From a virus, in the IMG/VR virus record IMGVR_UViG_3300005528_000059, positions 5,409-69,408 of that record: a DNA stretch of 64,000 nt; one strand, written 5' to 3'. The number at the start of each line of letters is the position of its first letter. Within the stretch, counting starts at the first letter, position 1. Under the pieces are notes generated by a model that saw only the letters and a list, made by a program, of their open reading frames with translations, ran no database searches and was not told the DNA's origin. A program made the translations under genes and the position numbers. Shown piece after piece: positions 37,725 through 46,596 of the stretch.

Positions 37725-37820
37725 CCTGTGAAGGCGCTTTAAGCTAGGTAGGCGTTGCCTTGCCTAGCTTAAAGATTGCTGTGCACGGCGTCGCCCCGTT
37801 GTCTTGGCGAGCATTTAAAG
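37724..37820 (+). repeat. Dispersed element copy F, with a long hairpin
   Basis: aaggcgcttta..gcgttgcc..gattgctgtgcacggcgtcgccccgttgtcttgg; 12-bp inverted repeat 37737-37748 / 37763-37774. Confidence 0.75.
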
Positions 37821-37876
37821 CTGGCATTTGCCTGTAGAGGCTTTATGCTAGGTAATAGTTAAGTAGGGAGATAACT

Positions 37877-38098
37877 ATGACCACTATAACCGGTGAGCAA
37901 GCTCAGTCTGACCATTTTGTGATGGCTAGTGTGCGATTTTATTTGCGCATCGTAGCTGTTGGTATGAAAGTGCGCGGCATGACTATGGGCAAGCTCTTAG
38001 CGCGTGCTAGCGACTTCACAGGCAAAAAGTACACTGCGACTAAAGAAAGCTGTCGTGTAGCTATCGACGACCTCACAGCTCTCCTGGAGAGTGTGTGA
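37877..38098 (+). CDS. Hypothetical protein
   Basis: agggag RBS. Confidence 0.6.
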   Translation: MTTITGEQAQSDHFVMASVRFYLRIVAVGMKVRGMTMGKLLARASDFTGKKYTATKESCRVAIDDLTALLESV

Positions 38099-38454
38099 TG
38101 ATTATCGGTACGAACATGGTGTTGCGCCGCCTTCCGCTAACTGGTAGTTGCTGCTTGATTGACAACTCGGCTGGTTTGTATAGCCGACGCCGTATTCTTC
38201 GTGAGATGTTACACATCTACGATACTGGTCAATTGTTGGCTACTCCAGATTGTATCGCTGAAGCACAAACTGTGATTACCGATACTCCAGGCTGGATGGA
38301 GGAATATGGCCTCACTGAAGACATGCTGGAAACTTGTATGCACGAGCTTTCCGAAGAAGTTCTTCATATTCTTAACAAAATGGCTCCTGAAGGTTGCACA
38401 CTCTTTTGGGAAGATAATTGCCTCATGTGCGCGGTGGAGAACGAGCATGTCTAA
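38095..38454 (+). CDS. Hypothetical protein
   Basis: GTGA coupling. Confidence 0.55.
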   Translation: MMIIGTNMVLRRLPLTGSCCLIDNSAGLYSRRRILREMLHIYDTGQLLATPDCIAEAQTVITDTPGWMEEYGLTEDMLETCMHELSEEVLHILNKMAPEGCTLFWEDNCLMCAVENEHV

Positions 38455-38839
38455 TCTTAAATGGTACGTTGGTCAACATGGTGAAAACTATCCTTATTGT
38501 TTTGATACTCGTGAAGAAGCCTTAGCCCATGGAAAGTTTGACTTCTTCGACACAGGATTTCACTTGACACATGCTGCTCAAGACCCTATTCGTTTAAGCG
38601 AACATTTCGTCCTTGACGATTGGATTTTTGATGTAGATTCAAATGCGTTATCTGAATTAGGTGATCCTGAAGGTGATGGGTTATTGATCGATGTAGATTT
38701 TGAAGGTTTAGAGGAAGCTGTTCGCAAAGCTATCGACGATTGGCAAACTGCCAAGAACGTAGTAATCCTTCCCTATATGTTCACTACTATAAAATCTTCT
38801 GAGTTTATTCCGCCGGAGCCTGCTAACGATGAAGAATGA
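38447..38839 (+). CDS. Hypothetical acidic protein
   Basis: ggag RBS at ATG 38447; FDTREEAL motif. Confidence 0.6.
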   Translation: MSNLKWYVGQHGENYPYCFDTREEALAHGKFDFFDTGFHLTHAAQDPIRLSEHFVLDDWIFDVDSNALSELGDPEGDGLLIDVDFEGLEEAVRKAIDDWQTAKNVVILPYMFTTIKSSEFIPPEPANDEE

Positions 38840-39167
38840 CATGGGAATAGACGTAGACTTGTTCAATGAACTGGAGAAGTATTTCCTCGGGAGATTCATC
38901 GTTGATCCTTTGGAGCAAGAGCTTTTCAATTTAATCGTAGCTTTTGAGCGTAATGGCGATTGGTTCTTGACGACTACCGCGTTTGTTGAGCAACTCCTAG
39001 AGTTTTTCACTGCTCGCATAGGTGTAGACTTCGATGGAGTCCGTGGTTTTCCAGAAGCTAACATCGAATCGTGGATGGTCTATTATCTTCGCAATGCTTT
39101 GAAGTTTGACAAAACATGGGGTATCAAAACTGAAGACATTACGAGGGATGAAGATGAGTCCGATTAA
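38829..39167 (+). CDS. Hypothetical protein
   Basis: ggag RBS; coupled. Confidence 0.55.
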   Translation: MKNDMGIDVDLFNELEKYFLGRFIVDPLEQELFNLIVAFERNGDWFLTTTAFVEQLLEFFTARIGVDFDGVRGFPEANIESWMVYYLRNALKFDKTWGIKTEDITRDEDESD

Positions 39168-39483
39168 GATGATCGACATCATGGAAATAGTTGCCAGCGA
39201 ATCTGGCTGTGTGGTGGCCTCTTTTATTCATCCAATACGTACTCGCAAAGCTACTCTCGGTAGGCATGTAGCGATCTATATGTGTCGAAAACATACACCT
39301 AATTCTTTGAAAGCTATCGGCGCGCGATTTAATCGCGACCACACTAGCGTGATCCTAGCTATCAACAACATCGAGAGCAAACTAGCTGTTGAGGGGTTTA
39401 CTGAAGTTCACAAGTTAGTCCAAGCCGTTGAAGCTAAGATTCTTCAACGAGCTTGCAAGGAAATAAAAAATGTTGTTTTCTGA
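39154..39483 (+). CDS. Stand-alone DnaA domain IV (Bac_DnaA_C) HTH protein
   Basis: R......RHVAIYMCRKHT.NSL..IG..F-NRDHTSVI.A...IE. Confidence 0.85.
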   Translation: MSPIKMIDIMEIVASESGCVVASFIHPIRTRKATLGRHVAIYMCRKHTPNSLKAIGARFNRDHTSVILAINNIESKLAVEGFTEVHKLVQAVEAKILQRACKEIKNVVF

Positions 39484-39652
39484 ATTCCAACTTTTAGTTG
39501 CTTGCGGAATGCTAGGAGTTTTCTATGGGTTTTCTGCTTATGCAACAAAGAAAGTAGATAAAATCTACTACTGGCTAGCGATAGCTTTGTTTGCTACGAT
39601 CATCATTAGCATTAGCTTGCGGTTAATCCGAGGAGATTTTCATGCCAACTGA
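39470..39652 (+). CDS. Small two-TM membrane protein
   Basis: Two hydrophobic helices. Confidence 0.55.
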   Translation: MLFSEFQLLVACGMLGVFYGFSAYATKKVDKIYYWLAIALFATIIISISLRLIRGDFHAN

Positions 39653-40190
39653 ATTTTTAGTGTTGGAGTCATCTGAAGTCGAAGTCACTCTCAAAAGTGC
39701 TGTAGAAGACGCTCTATTAGACTATCAGCGGCTGACAAAGAAAAGCCTTGAATATCGTGATGTAGACTTGACTTTGGTGCGTTTGATAGTAGAGCATCTA
39801 GTCAAAGGACTAGACGATCCGATGCCTACACAGAACGAATTCTCCAGAGGTGCGGACTGGGGTATGGTATTCATGACGACTAGTCTTTACGAAAGATTAG
39901 GAGGCAAACTTCTATCCGCCTCCAATAATATCATTTCTAACGACGAAGTTAAGAAAAAGCACTTTGGAAATTTTGGACCTGATACTGCTCGATTCGTAAT
40001 CGATGAAGGTGTCATTGACCACGCCTTTGGATACGGCGGTGGCTCCACACGAACAGCTATCCTCATCTCACACGGACTTATTCGTAAGCCTCGCACGATG
40101 TGTTATAAATCCCCGTTGACCGAAAAAGGTTTTGATTATCTACGTTCACTAGTCAGCCCTTCGCAAGTTAAAAGATTGATACAGCGATGA
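39642..40190 (+). CDS. Hypothetical protein
   Basis: gaggag RBS; wHTH-like end LTEKGFDYL. Confidence 0.6.
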   Translation: MPTEFLVLESSEVEVTLKSAVEDALLDYQRLTKKSLEYRDVDLTLVRLIVEHLVKGLDDPMPTQNEFSRGADWGMVFMTTSLYERLGGKLLSASNNIISNDEVKKKHFGNFGPDTARFVIDEGVIDHAFGYGGGSTRTAILISHGLIRKPRTMCYKSPLTEKGFDYLRSLVSPSQVKRLIQR

Positions 40191-40519
40191 GACAAACATC
40201 CGTCGAGGTAAGTCAGAAAATCAAGTTTGGAGACGAGCGCACTCGCTACACTGTGCAAGCTTTCAGTCAGCGATATATTATTGCTACGAAAGTGTTCAAG
40301 CTCAAACGCAATAATTATCTTTATACGATTATCGATGTGTTCCGTGGAATACGCGGACCTAGCGATCTTCTTTTTGGATCGCCTTATACTTTTAACGATT
40401 ATGAAGGAGCTACGATGAATATCGCTATGCTTCACTCTGGACGCCAAAGTATATCTCTTAGAAAAGCTGTTCCTTTAACAGTTGAAGAACTTGAACAGAT
40501 CAGTAAGCTGATTAAATAG
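40187..40519 (+). CDS. Hypothetical phage protein
   Basis: ATGA coupling. Confidence 0.6.
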   Translation: MRQTSVEVSQKIKFGDERTRYTVQAFSQRYIIATKVFKLKRNNYLYTIIDVFRGIRGPSDLLFGSPYTFNDYEGATMNIAMLHSGRQSISLRKAVPLTVEELEQISKLIK

Positions 40520-40522
40520 TGC

Positions 40523-40550
40523 TTGTTTTCCTTTAAGGACAGCTTACTAT
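40523..40550 (+). promoter_or_regulatory. Phage promoter
   Basis: TTGTTT-N16-TACTAT. Confidence 0.55.
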
Positions 40551-40578
40551 GGTGCTTGTAGGCAGTAAGGAAAAACAC

Positions 40579-40899
40579 ATGCAAAATCGCATACCAGTAG
40601 ACGAAGAGCTACTCAATATGATTGGGTTTTATTTGTCTAAACTAGACGACGCAGGAATCGTATTCTCTGACCAAGAGATTGAGTTCCAGCTGTTGCTTGA
40701 CACCTTGTGGGAAAGCACAGCTCCTGACGAAGATGCTATGCTTCAGCGTTCGACGCTAGAAAGTTTGCACGACTACTTCGCTCAACGTTCAGATACCGTA
40801 GATGGTGACTACGGTGCTCCTGAGCCTAACCTGCCAGCGCGCATCGCTCACGATTTGGGCGCGTTGCTTCTCATTAAGGATATGTCCAATGATAGTTGA
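40579..40899 (+). CDS. Hypothetical acidic protein
   Basis: taagga RBS at ATG 40579. Confidence 0.6.
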   Translation: MQNRIPVDEELLNMIGFYLSKLDDAGIVFSDQEIEFQLLLDTLWESTAPDEDAMLQRSTLESLHDYFAQRSDTVDGDYGAPEPNLPARIAHDLGALLLIKDMSNDS

Positions 40900-41818
40900 T
40901 GCTGCTAAATATGTTCTTAACAGCAATCCAAATGATGAGGGCTTTTGGGCGATCTTAGGACTTCCCTCGGAAGTCGGCGAAACTCCGCCTCACGTCGTGC
41001 TGCCTGATTATCATGTAGTTGCTAGGCGACAAGTATCTCTTGAGTGGCGTCCAATAAGTGCTCCTTCCCAAGTTTACTTTGACTTACCAGATTGTCCAGG
41101 CGTTCCACCCTTGACCCCGTTTGAAGTTCAACAGCAGCTAAAAGATTTCCCAACTGATAGCCTTAACCAAGACGGCTGGGAATTTAGTATGGATGGTCCG
41201 CAAATGAGTCCACCGGAAGTGTGGTTCCCAGTGTGTACGAAAAACGAATATCTTTTTACTGCTGAAGGTGACATTGAAGATGAACTTACACCTAGGACTA
41301 ATTGGGTCTGTTTGACTAAAGACTCTCGAGTAGTTCCAGTTCCGTTGGTTGATGCTTTAATAGTCACTGCCAAAGACATTGAGGATATGAAAAATTACCC
41401 CACGCTTGGTCCCATGTGGGGTGCAGCTCGTCGTATTACAGATGAAGTAGTTAACTCGTTTGGAGATAACGATTTCAAAGGTGTTGTGGCTAAGGCCGTG
41501 GAGGAGTTTACCGAACAACTGAACAAACGTGTCGAAGATAGTTTGTGGCTTGATTTAGAGCACAATCTTCATGGGCGTTTTTGGGATGGTGTTCGACAAG
41601 TGATTAATGGTCTGCTAACTGGGGATGAGTGGACGCTTAAAACTTACGTTGGAGCAGAGTCACTTCTCGCTCGACGACCTGAGCTGCTCAAAGCTATAGC
41701 TCAGCATATTCCTGAGGAAATTGTAGGCATGCAAGTAAAGGCACTTGAAGAGCGCATCGCCTATCTGGAAAAATCTGTCGAGTGGCATAAATCACAGTCC
41801 ATTCGCCATAATTATTAA
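40889..41818 (+). CDS. Hypothetical multi-segment protein
   Basis: taagga RBS at ATG 40889; Pro-rich N-terminal half, helical C-terminal half. Confidence 0.6.
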   Translation: MIVDAAKYVLNSNPNDEGFWAILGLPSEVGETPPHVVLPDYHVVARRQVSLEWRPISAPSQVYFDLPDCPGVPPLTPFEVQQQLKDFPTDSLNQDGWEFSMDGPQMSPPEVWFPVCTKNEYLFTAEGDIEDELTPRTNWVCLTKDSRVVPVPLVDALIVTAKDIEDMKNYPTLGPMWGAARRITDEVVNSFGDNDFKGVVAKAVEEFTEQLNKRVEDSLWLDLEHNLHGRFWDGVRQVINGLLTGDEWTLKTYVGAESLLARRPELLKAIAQHIPEEIVGMQVKALEERIAYLEKSVEWHKSQSIRHNY

Positions 41819-41827
41819 AGGTGCAAC

Positions 41828-42097
41828 ATGGTCATCGAAGATAACAACTCCCCTGCTCTTATTATGATTAGAACAGCTGAAGACGTGGAAAGTCCAGCTA
41901 TAGTTATGAAGGGTATCTCAATCAATTGCATTGTTTTTGAAGGAACTCATTTTATCGGTATTGTTCTTAGTGACATGGGGCAGACTCTAGCCTCGGTGTG
42001 CTTACTCAATCCCGAAGATGTAGACGCTATGGTGAGAATTTTGCTAGAAGCAAAAACACATTTTCTGGGTTCTCCTTCTTCAGATACTATCAATTAG
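41828..42097 (+). CDS. Hypothetical protein
   Basis: aaggtg RBS. Confidence 0.55.
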   Translation: MVIEDNNSPALIMIRTAEDVESPAIVMKGISINCIVFEGTHFIGIVLSDMGQTLASVCLLNPEDVDAMVRILLEAKTHFLGSPSSDTIN

Positions 42098-42105
42098 GAG
42101 TTATC

Positions 42106-42786
42106 ATGCCTCGTGGGTACAATAACTCGCACTATTCCGATTCGCTCAAATTAATCAACGGCGAAATAAAAGTTGTTGCGGTGAAACACCGAACGCTTAG
42201 CATAGGTAAAGCAACAGTAAATAAAGATAAGGAGAATAAAGTGACGCAAAATCTCAGCACTATCGCAGCGATTATGCTCGATGACAATCTGGTTAGTGTA
42301 ACTGGCTCGTTTGCCAATTATCAAAACAAAACTCGTAAGACTTACACTTACAAGTGTCTCCGGTCAATGGCAGAAACATTGAAAAAGAACGACTTAATTG
42401 TTGTCGAGAAAAAGACTTCTGAAGGCGAAGGCGCGCTGTTTACAGTTGTGTTCGTAGTAGATGTACACGACACGCTCAACATCGATCCAGATGATGGTAT
42501 CAATTACGCCTATGTTGTCAGCAAAATTGACACTGGTTTGCTGGACGTTCTTCAGAAAGCTGAAGACGACATGGTTGCACACATCAAACGTAAGCGTCGC
42601 GAAGCTTGGAAACAACAACTTGTCACTTCGCTTGTTACGCCTGAGCTAGAACAAGAAAAACTGCGTGCTAAGGCGACTTTGGAAGCCTTCATCGTGCAAC
42701 CTCCAACGGAAGTTGGTCCATCACCTGCGTATCGTGGCGTAAGCGTTTTTGTTGAACACGTTGACGACGACCACATACCTTTTTGA
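42106..42786 (+). CDS. Hypothetical protein ending in an SSB-like acidic tail (DDDHIPF)
   Basis: aggag RBS at ATG 42106. Confidence 0.65.
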   Translation: MPRGYNNSHYSDSLKLINGEIKVVAVKHRTLSIGKATVNKDKENKVTQNLSTIAAIMLDDNLVSVTGSFANYQNKTRKTYTYKCLRSMAETLKKNDLIVVEKKTSEGEGALFTVVFVVDVHDTLNIDPDDGINYAYVVSKIDTGLLDVLQKAEDDMVAHIKRKRREAWKQQLVTSLVTPELEQEKLRAKATLEAFIVQPPTEVGPSPAYRGVSVFVEHVDDDHIPF

Positions 42787-42895
42787 GCCCTATAAACGGC
42801 TCACCGCTGGCGTGTTTAGGTTTGGCTAGGGTTGCCTAGCCAAACCTATTGATTGCCGTGTAGGGCTTTGCCCGTGGCTCTAGAAAGCATCTAAT
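42787..42895 (+). repeat. Dispersed element copy G, with a perfect 14-bp hairpin
   Basis: taggtttggctagg-gttg-cctagccaaaccta (42817-42848); TA steps at 42817, 42827, 42837, 42847; tail gattgccgtgtagggctttgcccgtggctctag. Confidence 0.8.
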
Positions 42896-42938
42896 TGTAA
42901 AGCTAGGGCTTAGCTAGCAAACCGCTGGAGGTAATTTT

Positions 42939-43145
42939 ATGATTCCGGTTCGAATATACGGTGCTGATGTCAAACTGACTTCTGATGCAGAAGACGTTCA
43001 TGCGCTTTGGGCGCTACGGGTTGACAGTTTCTTAGTCAGTGCTTGGGAGCCAACTCCTAAGGAATTGGAATCGCTCAACAACGGCGGAAAAGTTTTGCTG
43101 TTCGTTAAAGGTCCTCACCCAGCAGTAATGATCACAGCGGAGTAG
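42939..43145 (+). CDS. Hypothetical phage protein
   Basis: ggagg RBS; SAWEPTP.EL..LN.GG motif. Confidence 0.6.
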   Translation: MIPVRIYGADVKLTSDAEDVHALWALRVDSFLVSAWEPTPKELESLNNGGKVLLFVKGPHPAVMITAE

Positions 43146-43148
43146 TTC

Positions 43149-43493
43149 ATGTTTCAAATAACCGGACAACACGGATTTCACATAACATTAGCTAATGGGT
43201 ACACGATCAGTGTTCAAATTGGTAGAGGCTACTATTGTGATAATCACTACTCGTTGTCCTCGTTAATTTCTGCTGAGCTCGCGGATTTCGCTGGACCAGC
43301 TCCGCCTACTTTAACAGCGGAGATTGCAGTAATTCAGCCTAATGGTGAATTGATGAGGCAAGAAGATGGTGACAACATTTTGAAGTACCAAACTGTCTCT
43401 GACTTTTTGTCGTTGATGAATCGTATCAACGCTATTTCGCCAATCAGAATTGTTTCTACTCCTTTGCTCTTGGAAGGGCCGCTAAATGAATAA
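43149..43493 (+). CDS. Hypothetical phage protein
   Basis: GF.IT..NGYTISVQ.G.G.YCDN motif. Confidence 0.6.
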   Translation: MFQITGQHGFHITLANGYTISVQIGRGYYCDNHYSLSSLISAELADFAGPAPPTLTAEIAVIQPNGELMRQEDGDNILKYQTVSDFLSLMNRINAISPIRIVSTPLLLEGPLNE

Positions 43494-44025
43494 AGAACTG
43501 CTCGAAGAGCTGTTAGGTGCTATTCCGTCTGGAGAGTACCATGTAGTGTTTGTTTCTTCCCCCAGCCCAACAGCAGTAGAAATCTGGGAACTGAGCAACG
43601 ATACTCGCCCAAGTAGGATGCACTCAGGCTTAGATAAGCGAAAGCTAGCAACTATCGCTATTGATCATAAATTGACGCAGCGACAAGCTGCGGCGTTGGG
43701 AGCCTTGTTCGCTCGATCTAAATTGCTAGCCAAAGAGAACCTCTTTTTGTACAACGAGAACTTTGCGCTCGCAGCTTGGCAGTGTGTTTATCTTGATGGT
43801 GTTACTGGTTTGACTAGTGACGACCACGGTAACTCCTATTGTAGTATGGCGCAGAAAAACAAAGAGTTAGAAGAGCGCAATAAGGAGCTCGTCGCTGCTT
43901 TGAAAGCTGCTCAAAACGTGTTTATCGAATATGCCGAGATGCACGCTGCCAAACCTGATTTGGAAAAAGCCAAGCGAAATGTTGAGCATGCGCTCAACAT
44001 CGCTAATGTTATAAAGGGTGACTAA
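43486..44025 (+). CDS. Hypothetical protein with a coiled coil
   Basis: Coupled ORF. Confidence 0.55.
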   Translation: MNKELLEELLGAIPSGEYHVVFVSSPSPTAVEIWELSNDTRPSRMHSGLDKRKLATIAIDHKLTQRQAAALGALFARSKLLAKENLFLYNENFALAAWQCVYLDGVTGLTSDDHGNSYCSMAQKNKELEERNKELVAALKAAQNVFIEYAEMHAAKPDLEKAKRNVEHALNIANVIKGD

Positions 44026-44372
44026 TGAATTGGGCAATCCAATATCTCCTTTTCTGTCTTTGTCTGATATCTTTAGTGTTATTCGTTATCTGGGCAAGTC
44101 GAGAAATCCTATTTCAGATGAAAGTCTGCCCGATTTGGAGCAGAACATTGAACGCACTCATGGATGCAGACGTAGAAGTCTCCTTTAGTCCCAGTTGGAC
44201 TACTTTAGGGAATGTTCAAATCTATACAGGAGGCAATGACTCTGAGTATGGTAGAGCACTCCTAAGGAACGACAACCCAGATAGAGCAACTCAAAAGCGG
44301 CTGAAAGAGTATTTCGCTTACAAATACGGAAGTATGGTTCTTAAACAAGCTATCGAAGGAACAGGGTCATGA
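44025..44372 (+). CDS. Membrane-anchored protein, paralogue 1
   Basis: TM followed by VCPIWS.TLN.LMD.DV..PDR.TQKRLKEY. Confidence 0.7.
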   Translation: MNWAIQYLLFCLCLISLVLFVIWASREILFQMKVCPIWSRTLNALMDADVEVSFSPSWTTLGNVQIYTGGNDSEYGRALLRNDNPDRATQKRLKEYFAYKYGSMVLKQAIEGTGS

Positions 44373-44767
44373 GTGCGGTATCTGAAGTTCTTATCCCACT
44401 TGCAGTATGTGCTGGACTTGTCGTAGTCGTAACAGCTCTTACCCTAGGCGCTATGCTTTTTATTGGCTACGTCCGTGGGGAGATCTATCATGCAACTAGA
44501 GTTTGTCCAATCTGGAGTGAGACACTCAACGAACTAATGGATAGTGATGTCCCTGTTGAACGACGACCTGCACAGGATTGGGTTGCTCTAGGTCCTGTCA
44601 TAATTTTTGTTGGTGACTACCCTGACAACTATGGACACGAGTCTGGGCACAGGGATTATCCTGATCGTAAGACACAGAAACGTCTTAAAGAGTACATCGC
44701 TCGCAAACACGCTATTGAAATCTTTGACAAAGTAGCTGACAACTTAAATGTTGCAAAGAACCCCTGA
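44369..44767 (+). CDS. Membrane-anchored protein, paralogue 2
   Basis: Same motifs as the previous gene. Confidence 0.7.
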   Translation: MSAVSEVLIPLAVCAGLVVVVTALTLGAMLFIGYVRGEIYHATRVCPIWSETLNELMDSDVPVERRPAQDWVALGPVIIFVGDYPDNYGHESGHRDYPDRKTQKRLKEYIARKHAIEIFDKVADNLNVAKNP

Positions 44768-44778
44768 CACCGTAGGGT
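44751..44778 (+). promoter_or_regulatory. Phage promoter
   Basis: TTGCAA-N16-TAGGGT. Confidence 0.7.
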
Positions 44779-44812
44779 GTAATTTAAAGCACAGCTAGTA
44801 GGAGCGTAGTAC

Positions 44813-45118
44813 GTGAAGCAAGTACCTTTCAAAGAGCGAGAGTTGATCAACATGGGTGCTGGTTATACGCTCGCAACTCTAGGTCAGGGTTCGACTGTTC
44901 GCATACATTGTCCCGATGGCAAGTATCTGATTGTTACTCCGCGTATGTATTACGAGCCTTACGAAGAAATGGCACGAGCTCTTGCTGCTGAGCGAAACAG
45001 ACTCAAGCAAGCCTTAGAAGAAATCAAGAAAGAGTGCTCCTGGTTTGCTCATGACGGTTATGGAATAGTTTCTACTATTCAAGAAATCTGTGAAGAAGGA
45101 CTTAAAGATGTCGAATAA
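44813..45118 (+). CDS. Hypothetical protein
   Basis: aggag RBS, GTG start. Confidence 0.6.
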   Translation: MKQVPFKERELINMGAGYTLATLGQGSTVRIHCPDGKYLIVTPRMYYEPYEEMARALAAERNRLKQALEEIKKECSWFAHDGYGIVSTIQEICEEGLKDVE

Positions 45119-45368
45119 TCCAAAGTTACTTCAGAATTCCTTTGAGGAGTTTTGTAGACTTGTCTACCCAGAAGCTGCTCTTCAACAGCAACAGGAGATG
45201 CGTCTTTGTTTCATGGCTGGTGCCGAGAGTCTTCGCCGGTTGATGTCCAAAGCCGGAGAGCATGGGATTGAGGGAGTAGCTATTATAGATGAGTACATCT
45301 ATGAGGAGTTATCTACTTTTCATGAAAACACTATATCGTTGTTTGAATTTGAAGGAACACCACAATGA
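45108..45368 (+). CDS. Hypothetical protein
   Basis: aagga RBS at ATG 45108. Confidence 0.55.
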   Translation: MSNNPKLLQNSFEEFCRLVYPEAALQQQQEMRLCFMAGAESLRRLMSKAGEHGIEGVAIIDEYIYEELSTFHENTISLFEFEGTPQ

Positions 45369-45766
45369 GCGACGAACAATCCAAGTATTGGATTTACAAA
45401 ATCAGTGGCGAAGAAGAACTTTTTGCTCTAAGACATGCAAATCCTATAAATCACTACGACGCAGCTAGGCTAGCCTCCGAGGATTATTTTCTCTATCGTG
45501 GTCAACGAGCCTTCGTAGAAGAAGGCGAAGACATAGAGATAATGGTTCGTTGTCCAGAAGGCAAAACCTCTTTCCATACCGTTCGTTGGGAAGAAGAGAT
45601 TCTCTGTCGCAGCAATGCAGTTATTCCAGGTACTGATTTCTACCAGAGAGTAGCCCAACGTTTTGGAGTTTCTCGCGAAGTAGCTAAGAAAGTTACCCTT
45701 GCTCGCTCTTACGGAGGAGGCAGGGAAATTGTAGAGCAGATGCTGGGAGAACTAAATGAACGATGA
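45365..45766 (+). CDS. Hypothetical protein with a C-terminal PolA fingers (motif B)-like segment
   Basis: PGTDFYQRVAQRFGVSREVAKKVTLARSYGGG aligns ungapped with the phage PolA PKTDFHQMNSDLTGIPRKAVKEIGLGLAYGMG. Confidence 0.65.
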   Translation: MSDEQSKYWIYKISGEEELFALRHANPINHYDAARLASEDYFLYRGQRAFVEEGEDIEIMVRCPEGKTSFHTVRWEEEILCRSNAVIPGTDFYQRVAQRFGVSREVAKKVTLARSYGGGREIVEQMLGELNER

Positions 45767-45953
45767 ACAGAAAATTGCCTATGTGAATGGACAAATCGCT
45801 TGTGCTCAAATTGAAGCTATGGGTATGGTAGCTGATAATGCTTACTGGCAAAGCCTAGGTCAAGCTCCAGCGTACACTCTTACGCACTTCCAAGACTTGA
45901 TTTACAAGTATGGCATTCACAACAATGCTATCATAGAATTCTTCAGAGACTAG
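45756..45953 (+). CDS. Hypothetical phage protein
   Basis: ggag RBS; IEAMGM.A.N motif. Confidence 0.6.
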   Translation: MNDEQKIAYVNGQIACAQIEAMGMVADNAYWQSLGQAPAYTLTHFQDLIYKYGIHNNAIIEFFRD

Positions 45954-45954
45954 C

Positions 45955-46230
45955 ATGTCTTTAGCCCTTACGATTCACGAATCGCGTGTTTTTCTCTTAG
46001 ATGCGATTAGCGATGCTCGACATGGATTAGTAAAGGCTTACCACGATCAAGCTTGCACTATGGAACAACTGTCCGCTAGGACTAACATTCCAATCGGTAA
46101 GCTAAAGAAGATCATGATGATTAGTGGAGAAGTTCCTAATTTAACTGATCTTGTTACGATAGCATGGGCTTTGAAACAACGAGTTGCTATCTCAATCGTC
46201 CCCATGGAGGAAGAAAATGATTCATCTTGA
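45955..46230 (+). CDS. XRE/Cro-type HTH protein
   Basis: TMEQLSARTNIPIGKLKKIM..PNLTDLVTIAWAL. Confidence 0.65.
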   Translation: MSLALTIHESRVFLLDAISDARHGLVKAYHDQACTMEQLSARTNIPIGKLKKIMMISGEVPNLTDLVTIAWALKQRVAISIVPMEEENDSS

Positions 46231-46510
46231 CATACAGACCTTAACATATATGTTAATCCCTGTAGTGATTATCGCTACGATCATAGTTCTTCTGCTGGTA
46301 GCTGTGGGGATCATGTTAGTAGCTGAAGGTCTTTCACGGCTCACAAATTGGATATGGTATAAGATATCTAAGAAAGAAACTCCTTTAGTGAATTTACGGG
46401 CTTTCGTAGCAAAAGCTGCAATCACTTTCCTACTTCTTTTTCTTGCCTACAGCATTCTCACAGCTTCTTACGAAGTTGCGTACAAGATAGCTGTTTCGCT
46501 TAGGAGCTAA
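46217..46510 (+). CDS. Two-TM membrane protein
   Basis: ggagga RBS at ATG 46217; two hydrophobic helices. Confidence 0.6.
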   Translation: MIHLDIQTLTYMLIPVVIIATIIVLLLVAVGIMLVAEGLSRLTNWIWYKISKKETPLVNLRAFVAKAAITFLLLFLAYSILTASYEVAYKIAVSLRS

Positions 46511-46524
46511 CGAGTAATAAGCCC

Positions 46525-46552
46525 TTGCAAGGAAGCTAGGATTGCCTAGGGT
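46525..46552 (+). promoter_or_regulatory. Phage promoter
   Basis: TTGCAA-N16-TAGGGT. Confidence 0.7.
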
Positions 46553-46596
46553 GTAGCTATGGCGCTGGTAGCGCTGACTATGCGTAGGAGCAAGTT

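Noticed and set aside
45955-46230. XRE HTH gene as a lysogeny repressor
   Set aside because: It is mid-operon, has no peptidase domain, no divergent cro partner and no integrase in the window.
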